Positions 23,089-33,900 of a stretch of DNA of 64,000 nt are shown here, piece after piece. Numbering within the stretch: position 1 is the first letter of the stretch; each line of letters opens with the position of its first letter. Source of the DNA: Oikopleura dioica (Eukaryota; Animalia; Chordata); assembly GCA_907165135.1 (NCBI GenBank), contig OU015569.1, positions 4,526,001 through 4,590,000 on the forward strand, read 5' to 3'. The notes beneath the pieces were generated by a model. The model was not told the origin of the DNA. It did no database searches and saw only the letters and a program-made list of their open reading frames with translations. Both the position numbers and the translations under genes were made by a program.

Positions 23089-25468
23089 ATGTTGGAGTAT
23101 TGGAATCCGAGAAAATATGGCTACAATGGGATGAAAAAGTCCAGTCAAATAGTCGATTGTCTTGAGAAATGCGTGACGTACGGTGGCGAGTACTGGAAGT
23201 GCTTGTACAAAGTAGCTGAGCGGGCAATCGAGTTTCATAATTTGCCAGAAGTTTTGGCAAATGCGATTCGCTCAGAGTTGAAAATGAAGACAAAGAGGTC
23301 GTCGAGATCCTAGCTCCGTTTCTGCTTACTGATCAGGAGAATTATGAGAACCCGACTCTCTGCCTGATCCAGAGCGGCTTGATTTATGAGCTGATGCTGA
23401 AAACGTCGAAAATTCACCACAAAAGCAGAGCGTTGGAGCCCCTAGTTGAGTGCCTTTGCAGACGACTAGCAGCAGAAGAAAATGGCGCCAGTCTTTTTTC
23501 AGACAAGTCTGAAAACATAGAAGAGGTGGAGATGAGCACAGAAATAGAGCATCAAGAAAATGAAGAGGAAGAATCAGTGCCGATTCAAGAAGTTGGGAAT
23601 GCTCTGCCAAAGCCGGATGCGTCACTGGACTATCAATCGCACTTGCAGGATCGTGACCGCGTGCGAGAAATGATCAACAAAAGCGCAAAGCGTAAGGAAT
23701 CTCTTGTAAAGATGCTTTCCGAAGCAACAATAAAAGACGACAGCGATGAGGAGCCAGCGACGCCACTTGTTTCTACTGCAACGCTAGACGGTCGCGATCT
23801 TGCCGACATCAAAACGCCTGCCATGACTACACGAGTGAACCGGCTGACGAGTGAACCAGTTGATGAATACTATTATCCAACACCAACCGGCAAAGAAGTG
23901 AACTCTCTTGATTTCAACGGAAAGAATGAAGCGAAAAACGATCTGCTTAACCTTGAACAAAGCATGGCAAGCGAAAGCCCGAGCGTCCTCAAATCCCTAC
24001 AAGTCAATACGGTCGACGATAGCCCTTATGCGCATCTTTTCAACAGTCGCGAAGAAGTTATTCCACCTGCTGATATTGAAATTAAACCGATCGGCGATAA
24101 CTTCGAGTCACCTCAGTCATCGATGGATAGTGAAGAAAGTCCAAATATTTTCAATTGGGAAGATGTTGCGATGGAGAAAGTTGCATCATTTCAAGATCGA
24201 CAACCGCTCCGTTGCTGTATTTTTAGATAAGGGTTTTGATTGAGTTTGTTTTTTTGCTTGAAATATAAGACTTAATTTCTTCGAAGCATATAAAATCCCT
24301 GCTTTACTGAAATCGATGATACATTCTACGTTGGTTCTAATTCAAAAGCTCTACGGCGGTTTCTTCCACCAAGCGCAGGACAAGATTCGCTACCAATGAT
24401 CGAAGAGCTCCATAAAGTTCACGAAGCGTCTATTTACTGCCTGGCAATGTCGCCCAATGGTCACTACCTCGCCACTGGGTCAAATGATAAAGCGGTGAAG
24501 ATCTTCTCAAATGCTTCTGAAGGATTGAAAATGCAGACAGAAATGACGAATCACGATGGAACGGTGCGTGCTGTTCAATTTTTGCCTGACGCTGGACAAA
24601 ACGCAATTCTTGCCTCTGGAGGAGCAGGAAGTGGCCGTGTCTATTTGACAGATGTAGCTGCAGAGCAAGTGCTATCATATGTTTTGTAAGTGTACGAAAA
24701 TGCATTTAATTCATTATAATCTCTTGCTGAAGAAGCTTCCAGGGAACTAGCAGAAGTTAAAAAAGACTCATTTTGAAAGTTTTAGTTCTTAGCCAAGTCG
24801 CCTCTTTATACTTCTCTGTGAAACAGTTTCTCAGCAAAAAATCTCCGTTGACCCAGTTACTGTTTGAGAGATGATTTCATAATATTTAATCTAGGCCAAG
24901 CAACGCAGGTGTTATTACCGATATCACTGCGCCTAGCCGCCACCTTCTCTACCTGACATCTGGGCCGACTGTTGTTTCGTGGGACACTCGGCAGAAAAAT
25001 ACAGAAACTCTTTCCCTTGGTGACTTGGCTGTTCAATCGCTATCCTCAAATACTGGTGAACCGAACTTTCTCGCTACTGGCTCTGAAAATGGAACTGTTG
25101 CCTTCTGGGACATGCGAAATACTGAACTGCCTCTTTACCAACAAAAAGCTCACAATAAAGCCGTCAGAAGGTAGACTATAAATTCTTTACAGGTATTAAA
25201 CATTTTTCTTTTCAGTATTGCCATGCAAGGACAATGGCTCATCGCAGGTTCTATGGACCAGCACATTTCACTTCACAACCTTCAGAAGTTCCAAAATTTG
25301 GTATGAAAGGAAGCCACTTTCACTTTATTCAAGTTTTAGGTTACAATTGATTGCGGAGAAAAAGTGGTCGGATGTGACATTAGCACCGACATTGACTGCG
25401 CCATTTCCACTCAATCCGATGGCTCTTGCCACTTTTGGAAGATTTCATTCGACTCTGCCGAGCTCTAG
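23089..25468 (+). CDS. WDR47: WDR47 (nemitin)-like WD40 repeat protein
   Basis: [27 protein letters not shown]...HDGTVRAVQF...AILASGGAG matches remembered WDR47 [24 protein letters not shown]...HDGTIRDLAF...AILISAGAG. Further WD repeats follow (SWDTR, FWDMR, LIAGSMD) to FWKISFDSAEL*. Confidence 0.8.
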
Positions 25469-25626
25469 CTCCTTATTCTCGTTGTTGTTTTTACTCTTTT
25501 CATTCGATTCTTTCACATGTAACTTCACTTTTATCATGCATTCCCAGCTTCTATTTCTGAAAGTTCAACACGGGGAATTTTACTTTCAGCAACAGCTACT
25601 TTGAATGAAAAATAGACAGTTTAGAC

Positions 25627-26165
25627 ATGGGTAACTACTTCACCTCAGTCTTTCCGTCTGGAAGGTACAAAGAGCAGCTGTCTAAGAGCGAAGATACAAA
25701 TGCTCTTCCAAAGCCTGAGACAGGCTCAAAGACGCCAGTCATGTCAAAGGCTGATGCTGATGCCTTCGATCCGCGCTCGCCATCTCACAATGTCAGCAGA
25801 ACACCCTTGAAGTAACTATCGATTCCTAGCGAGTATTTATTTTCTGTATTAGAACAGAAGAGAAGAATAGTGACATTCTCTGTGACCCACGATCGCCGTT
25901 GCAAGAAGTCAATCGAACACCAATTGGTAAGAATGTTATTTTGAAGCAGAAAATGCATATGTTCAGCTGCGAACGAAAAGGGAAGCAAAGCAAGTGAAAG
26001 AGACCAGCTCCGTCGAAAGGTACTAAAACGGAGAAACTATTTTTTAAATAACTTGTCAAGGCGCTTGGCAACTCGAAGATGCCCATGCCAAGTCTTGACG
26101 ACTGCGAGCACACTGAAACCTTGGAGAACAGCTTTACAAGCACGCAAACTGCCGAAATCCACTAA
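25627..26165 (+). CDS. CDCA3/TOME-1-like small protein
   Basis: N-terminal MG; two DPRSP-x3-RTP motifs (DPRSPSHNVSRTPLK, DPRSPLQEVNRTPI) typical of CDCA3; three short GT-AG introns. Confidence 0.55.
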
Positions 26166-28245
26166 TCATAATAGTTTCTTCACTCAAATTTTTACATTCC
26201 ACTTTCCGGTTGTTCAACGACTGCTTTAATTAATTCTCCTGTCCAAAACTGATCTTTACGTCCATCTCTCCTTTCCTACTCAATAAACTTTAATTCCATC
26301 CAAGCAAGTCATTCTGAAGGTTCCCTTTAAAAATTTTATCTGCAACCTTCCTCGTTGATTTCATTCGGACGCAGGTATTTATCTGGCTTTTTTTGAGAAA
26401 ATAAGAATTGTATTATACAAATAATGAATCGCTTCATAATGATTTCAGTACGAAGTGAATTTACCAGATTATAACGTTGAGTGGATATTGGGGCAGAGAG
26501 AGAGAATACTGACCGCAAGGGTATATTCTCCGTAGGTGTGCCGGATTCAATACATATTGAATTTTTGTGCGGTAAAACGGCTTTTCTGCTTTTCGATTTG
26601 ATTATGGTGGCTCGTGGAGGTATCTCCCGACACATTTGTCGAAATGGAAATGCGCTTTTGGCTTTGGTGACAGGGCCGCCGTGACGGAGATCAATTTATC
26701 GTAATCCGCTACTCGACGATACTAATTCCGGGGAAGTGCGGCCAGAGCGAAGAATCTGCGGTACGGACCAACACCAACCCGACAACTCCTTCGCCACCGG
26801 AAACGAACTCGCATCAGCAGTACATCGGAATCAGAGCATTGCTTCGATATCAAAAATGAAATCAACGACGAGAATTTAACTGATCTTCTTGCCGTTCTTG
26901 ACTGAAGACTGATGAAGCGAGTGACTTTCAAAAATTTGGATTCCGCTACATCCGATTTCAAATGGAGAAAATTCGATGCTGACAAAGACGAATGCGGATA
27001 TTTTCAGACTCAGCTATGTTTGAGAGGGTCAGTTATGGTCAGGGTGTGGACTTTGGCGCATATTGCAATATTTGGAAGCGGGTTTTCGAGAAAGTATACT
27101 CTTGGCCGGCTTATTTAGCTTATTCTGCCGCTGGTTTGGAATCTTCTTGGCTATATCGTTCGGCATCACATTCCATAATCGGATTCTTCTCCGTTTAATG
27201 CCACTCGGATTAAAAAGAGTAAGGCGAAATAATATGTGTCAGGCCAAATAATACAATATGTAATATAATATGGCACGATTTGGATCGGTGAAACCTGACT
27301 TGCTTACTAACTCGCGTGGCTTACTTCCATCAACGTGCCAGAGCGAGTTACAACTTCGGGTGTACTGCTGATGAGCCAAGGGGCTGATTGCCGATTAAAA
27401 TAGCTAAAAATGTCTCAATTCGCGGCTTTGCGAATTTGTTCGAATCAAGCCTCTTCAATCCGGCGCAGATCTTCTAACGCGCCCAAGCTCGTACCAATTC
27501 TACTCGCGCCTGCCCGTTCCCACCGAAATCGCGCTCTCATTACTATCACCAAATAGCCCTCGTTATTGCCCATTTCGGCGCAGCATCCAACCGATCATTT
27601 AGTCCCGCCGCGAAATATATCGCCCATCATATATCGCTATATTTTCCTACTATCATTAAGCCCAAAATTAACCCGTAAGCGCGAAATAACCGGCCTTTCA
27701 ATGAAAACTCGACGTAAAAAGTCAACTGCAAAAAATCATTAATTCAACTTAGAAATTGGTCAACCTGTGCTGCGGGGTTAATCCAACTCATCTGCTAAGA
27801 ACATTACGTCTTTTGGTACAGAGTGGATGAATGTTTGAAACTTGGGCAGCTGTCTGTGGCGATAACCTTTTGTGCAGTGATTAGATTAGAATTACGTCTG
27901 CCGTGCCTCGATTTAAAATTCAAATATCGGGCGTAGTAAATTCAATTGTTGTTCCTGACATGATCATCTGCACTTGCAGTAACCATATTAAATTTTTCCG
28001 AGCTGCACATACAACTATTTTAAAATTTTCTTCCGTTGCGTCAAAAATGCGAAAATTATGCCATTAAAATCATATGCAAAATCAAGCTGGTTGAAAAAAT
28101 TAAATGATAAAATCCTAGATGATGTTTCGCTTAATAATAATGCTGAAAAACAGCCAAATGCAACTAAAAATCACGAGACTAAATAATTAAACTTCATTAT
28201 CGCAATAATTAACAATTCAGCTCGTACAGTGACGAACATGGAAAA

Positions 28246-28520
28246 ACCATAAGAGCAGGGTCCCGAGTTGCAGTCTGACTCCTCCGTTACACTAGCGAGA
28301 TCAGGTCATGCCCGACGCCAACTATAACCACATACTCCCGGTGTCGGGGAGGATCTGAACATGGCAGTCCAATATTCGTCATTTACTCTACCGAAATGTG
28401 CGAATGTTGAGTGCTAGACTTGAGAGATAGAACCTTTTTATAAGTTTTAATTTTTGTAACTGGGGTCCAAGCGGCCCCTCCACACTCAAACCACTCTGAA
28501 AACCAGCAAAAAGACTCTTG
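28246..28520 (+). ncRNA. Candidate structured small RNA, copy A (long hairpin + Sm-site-like AAUUUUUG + terminal hairpin)
   Basis: Homologous to 30682-30922. Stems tcaggtc/gatctga and cccgacgcc/ggtgtcggg; aatttttg at 28449-28456; hairpin ggggtc-caagc-ggcccc at 28462-28478. Confidence 0.5.
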
Positions 28521-30681
28521 GCTTTAGGCACAAGCGTTGAGCTGTGACTCTTCGTTCCCGGATCCAGTGAGAAATATAAATTGCAAATATTGTAAATAGA
28601 AAAGGCGGTGCAGAATGTTTAAAAGCTTCAATAATGATAATGTGTGGCGGGAAGATTCTTGTGACGGGAGGTAGGCATGCCTGTGCTTATTGCATTTTAA
28701 CCGCTGCGAATTAGTTGGATAATTAACCTTTGTATACGTCGAGTGCGGCGTAAACATCATTTCTCAAAATTCGAAAAAAGCACTAACGAGGCCGGGCGTA
28801 TTTCCGAGTTCCTCACTTGAAACGCCAACGAGCGCAACCGGAAACGCAATACACTTCAACATAAAAAGTACCATCAAAGACGACATTATAGCGCCCGCAA
28901 ATGAGGAATTTACACAATCCACCTACCCCACTCTCCAAACCACTTGACTCAGGAACTAAGGCTTACAAAAGAAATAGCAAAGCACTTTTTTATTCGTTTC
29001 TATTATGTCTATGAGACTCCGATTTCTAAACAACAGATTCTGAGGAGTTCTTGTTTGCAAAAATCTACGGAGCGCTTGAAAGATGAGAAAAGTGGGCATT
29101 CAACAAAGTTGATGAATCTGGCGGTTATTTCGGAAGCGTTCCTAAATCAGCGAAATTCGTCGGAATGTGCGAGTTCTTGCATACTAAGAGCAAACTTTAT
29201 GGGATCAAATAAATACCTGAATTGGGAATGGTCACTTATCTGCGCTATTTACCACAAGCTCGTTGTACGCCAAACTTTTCTTTTCTCACAGCATTTCTGC
29301 ATCAGCCTCGTTTGTATCTCATCATTTAAGACCGGTCATATTTATTTGCCGATGATGACTTCTGTAGAATCGTAGGTCTTTTTCAGCAGAGATTCGATGT
29401 TTTTCTGAAAAAGCGCTTGCTCGAATTCTTTTGGCTCTTCCTTCACGGATTTGACAGATTCACAGGTTCGGCGGTTTTCTCGAAAGTGATACTTTCAACA
29501 GGTGTGAATTTCTACAATGATTGACAATTCAAATAATAATTTCAAAGTGCCGATTTCGAGCACCGCCGGCGCATACCGATACCAACTTTGACGCATCGCC
29601 CTGCAAATTCATCTCCCAAGAAATATAATCACGAGGTATCATTTTTACGTAGCGCACAATTAGCGACCTGCAACTGTTCGTTCGCATTCTGAAATTCGTT
29701 GTTTCAATCTCCGAAATTGAAGGTTTTGGGAAGTTTACTGGAAGAAGAAGCGCTGAGAACTGGTGTTGAATTGTAGTCTAAATGGTTTAATTGCGGTGGT
29801 GGATACGTTTTGTTCTATTCTAGGGCGGCACTTGTTCGTGCTGCCCGAAATGCATAAAAAAACAATTTCGCGCTTTGTTGGGAGAATCGAAAGCAATTAG
29901 CTCGAAGTGGTAAAATGAGATTAATATTTTCCAAAAGAACTAAGCAGTGATTAGCTCCGTGAATAGCAGCGCCGACTTCAATGCATTTTGATTTTCAGAA
30001 ACAAGAGTCCAAAAAGAGACAATGAAAGAAACAGCCATAAATTAACGATTTCTCATTTTTACTGTGTACTTTTGATGGTTGTTTCAACTGCCTTGTAGAG
30101 CCGCACGCGGCTTTTTTTTGAACAAGAGACTTAATAATGTCCAGAATTTTAGATCGAGTCACTTTCGGCAAATTGTGATGGCGTGCGCGATTATGTCTTA
30201 TTGTGCGTTTGGTGGAGCCGTAATTGGCAGTTCTGGGGCGGAAATCTGGAAATACTTTGGAATAAAAGTGGATTTGCAATTTAGGGCGATTTGCGGCTTG
30301 CTGGGACACTATCGAACGCCGATCAGCCCAAATAGCTACCTTTGCTCCACCACCACTTGGTAAAATGCGCATTCTGATTGAAAAGGACCATTTCAAATGG
30401 TGTGCGCCAGGAAATAGCCATTCAAAATGCACTGCCAACACTTTCCTCGCTCTACTTCAGTTTCTTTCAAAAAGAGGTTCTTCTTTTTCATCAAAAGATC
30501 AGTTTTTATCCTCATGAAAAAAGCCTTTTCTAAAAAATCTGTGAGAAAAAATCGCGGCTTTAAGTCGGCTAAAATGAAGATAAAAGCCGCAAGCGGCTTA
30601 AAACAGCTGAGCTCGTAGAGCTAGGCTAAAATTAGTTATTTCTGCCGAAAAAGCTGCAATCCAAAAAAAAATTACCGAAAC

Positions 30682-30922
30682 ACCATAACAGCAAGGTGGC
30701 GAGTTGGAGGCTGGATTGAACTCAACGCTGGTGAGTTCAGGTCATGCCCGGCGCCAACTATAGTCATATAACCCTGGCGTTGGGGAGGATCTGAACATGG
30801 CAGTTCGATTCTACCGTAGGATTGGATGCAAATGTAAATTAGTTCAAAAGTACATTTTATTAATTTTTGCACTTGGAGCCCATGCGGCTCCTCCACCCCG
30901 AAACTCTCTCAAAAAAGCAACA
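30682..30922 (+). ncRNA. Candidate structured small RNA, copy B
   Basis: Shares 23 identical nt (ggggaggatctgaacatggcagt) with copy A. Stems gttcaggtc/gatctgaac and cccggcgcc/ggcgttggg; aatttttg at 30862-30869; hairpin ggagcc-catgc-ggctcc at 30875-30891. Confidence 0.5.
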
Positions 30923-33900
30923 GGAGAGTCGAGAGCTTGACTAGCTTGTGCAAACGGGCCAAGATTCAAATCCGATCAAGGAGGAAATAGGACAAGTACG
31001 ATTTCGGAGGCACTGGTCACGTGAGAAACGAGAATGATTTTCATAATTGACAAAAAAATTAGAAGACAGCTGCAGCAAAGAGTTTGGGAGTGTTTTGCTC
31101 GAAAATGCAAATTCACTTGAAGCAACTCTGCGGCGCATTTCCGCTTTTCCTCCAGCAGCTCCACTTTTAGAAGCTAAAGTGTTTGATAGTCTCAATTCGA
31201 TTCGTTCTGTTTGGCCCGATTCAAAATTGATAATTCCAAAATCACAAACAGGAAATAAACAAAACCGATTCAATCCGCTTTGGCACGCTGGCTGAAACTT
31301 TTCTCCTGCTACGGTTGTTTCCTATAAATGATATTAATATTCTCATTCTTTAAATTAATTTTCAATGTAAAAAAGCACGACTAGAATGTATTTTCTAGTT
31401 GTTAAAAGCCACATTGAGTTGTTTCACAAAGCGTGATGAAAGAATAAATCTGATATCTGTTATTGTAGGGGAGATTCTTCTGAATCCGCAGCGGCTTAAT
31501 GATTTGGGGTTGAAAGAGCTGGCGGAACTGGTGGCGCGAAACCGGACCTGCTTAGCGCTGGCTTAGAGGGTTCGGGCGCGAGTTAGTAAATCATCGCCGC
31601 TTTAGTAATCGCGGATTGATAAAATTCGACCTTAATTCTCTTCTGAATTAGATTTACCGACAGCAAACGCACGGTTAACCGGAGAAGTATCAAATTGACG
31701 GATTAGCTCAATCAAACGCAAATAGCCACGGATAATTAAGCTAAGTCCCGGCTACGCTTACCTCCAACAAGCAAGAGCAAAGATGCTGGCCGCTGCTTTC
31801 TTTAGCAGACTGGCCCCTTTCGTTTCCAAAGTATGAGAGTGGATGGGTGGCTAATCGTTCTGTGAGAATAAGAAAGTAAGTTGATTTGGGCTCACGTGAG
31901 CGCGCTGCGGTCGGATATTTTTTTGCTTCGCGAAATTGCCCTTTATCTGTTTCCCAGGTTCAGTTTGCACCTGTTGAATTTGGTTAGCTCTTGTAGCGCT
32001 AACATTTATGGCGCTTGGATAATTTGTTCTGACGGAAAATATCAGAAGGCTTTTGTTGTGGCGCTGGAAAGAAGCAGCAGCTGGGCGAGGACAGGTGCCG
32101 TAATCGCCGCGCCGAGGATCAAAGCTGGCGAAAGTTTCCACCTGTTTCCGATTCTAGAGGCAGCCAGCTGCCCTATCAAACGCCACCAAGCTAAACCAAT
32201 AAAATAGATGTAAGACTGACCTTGTACCGAACACTAACGCCTAAGTGGACATTTCCGACATCTACCGTTTTCACTTTCTACTAATTTCTTGCAACCTTCT
32301 TCTTGCATTTAGAAAAATTCTTCTTAATTTTTTTTCTTTGGCTTATATTTTTTTGGTACTGTATGAAAGTTGATCCAGTCTCTTCTTCTTTTGTAAAATG
32401 TTATGTTTTGTTTTGTGTATGGCGCTGCGGAAGATCGTTGGGTCATTAGCTGGCGGTGGAATGTCACAGACGGCTGCCAGGTTGAAATAAATTTTAACCT
32501 GTTGAGTCCGATAACGCCACTTTCAGTCGTGTGCAAATATTTTCCACAAAGGGGAAGCACCCGGCCAATTAGTGTTATCATCAAACAGAGGCAAAATGAA
32601 TTTTAAGCTCCTCATTAGCCGCCTCCTGTCAGGAACAAGCCTAGGCCACTTCTACGCATCTAGCCAAAAAATATTCTAATCCCATCCAAAGCATTGTGAT
32701 TTTCAAAAAGAAAAAGGTCTTGTGCAATAAATTTCAACTGCACTGATTCATTGGCAATCGTCTGCTTTCGTTTGATAATGCGACTGTATTCAAAATAAAA
32801 AAATGTTCCTTCTAATTGCGTCTTATCACTAAATTGCGTTGCGAATAACGACATACCTTAACTTGTATAAAGACTTATTCCAGGCGTTGCATTATCTTTA
32901 TCCCCCTTTTGGCATATTTGTAAATTGCAATTCTCGAGATTCGCAGCTGAGAGGCCCCGTTCAACCTTTTTCTCCAGCTTCTTCAACTAATCTACGATAA
33001 AAGGCCGATAAGGGCCCCGTAGTCGGGTACTCACGCCAAATAGCAAAATAAACACTAAACAACGAAAATCACCGCTTCACTTCTTCTAGGGCCAAACAAT
33101 CGCAACTTATCAGATTGAGCATACATCTCTAATTTCTTCACCCCGCCCGGAAACACTTTTTAATACGCCTTGTCAAACAAATTTAGCATGAAAATATCTG
33201 ATTCTGAATCGGATCATTTTAACAGTCCTTATTTTTGGGAGGAACTGATAAAAATCGCCTGAGAGTCTTGTTTGGTGCAATTTGTTTGATGTATTTCTGC
33301 TCGTTTTAACCTTTGCTTTGAAAGTACTTGAATTATTCTCGCTATTTTTGCTCGGTCTGTGTCCCTGTTGTGTTATTGTATTCCATTTGTGAGAAGAATT
33401 GATGTTCTATTATTTGATGTTTAAGGTCGCGGTTGCGGCGCAAGAAAGATTTCAAATCGAATTTATATTCAAATGGCAACTGTGGAGAGCGGCTGACCCC
33501 TTTATTCGGCCACACGCAGCTAAATACCAACCGCGCGACAAAACCAAAGCCAAATGAGATTCCAATATCTCTCAGAACGAACACAATCAGTCCTCTCCTT
33601 ATTGACTTGTTACTACAAGAAAATTGAAAACCGGAATCCGAGAAAATGGCGTTCATTTAATCGTTACCAAATTCTTTGATAATTTAGAGCCCTTAGAAAA
33701 GGTGTCAAAAGGGCTCCCCTCTTCGTCTGGCAACTTCGAAATCGTTGTCTCGTTTCGTTTCGCAATGTCTTGCGGGGGCTGCATTTTAATTAATTTTTCA
33801 CACATTTTAATTTGAAATTTTTAATTAGGGAAATTTGCTGGCTAATTAGCAAAGGAGCTAATTACATTATTCCACCATGACACGATATCGTAAAGACAAT

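Larger units (their letters stand above)
16741..26165 (+). other. Candidate polycistronic (SL trans-spliced) unit of five co-directional genes
   Basis: Stop-to-ATG gaps of 48, 106, 259 and 158 nt. Each ATG is preceded within 1-6 nt by an AT-rich acceptor: taatag|aATG, ctttag|aATG, tactag|aaattgATG, taatag|aATG, tttag|acATG. Confidence 0.6.

Noticed and set aside
26336-27251. Overlapping 60-100-codon ORFs on both strands after CDCA3-like
   Set aside because: Protein-like patches lie in different frames without workable splice sites or a recognisable domain; may be a degenerate gene but cannot be supported.
27360-27395. Hammerhead ribozyme (CUGAUGA followed by a GCC-AAGG-GGC stem II)
   Set aside because: The essential GAAA after stem II is TGAT, and stems I/III do not form in the required register.
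28246-30922. Identification of the duplicated element as SL RNA, a known U snRNA, RNase P/MRP, 7SK or SECIS
   Set aside because: It lacks the known Oikopleura leader and the diagnostic motifs (U5 loop GCCTTTTAC, U2 branch-pairing GTGTAGTA, U4 k-turn, SECIS AUGA/GA quartet). The P4-like strands are in the wrong order for RNase P. Kept only as an unknown RNA candidate.
31480-31610. SRP (7SL) RNA-like hairpin
   Set aside because: The helix-8 GGAAAC/AGCAG motif and the Alu domain are not present in proper arrangement; pairing is limited to short stems.
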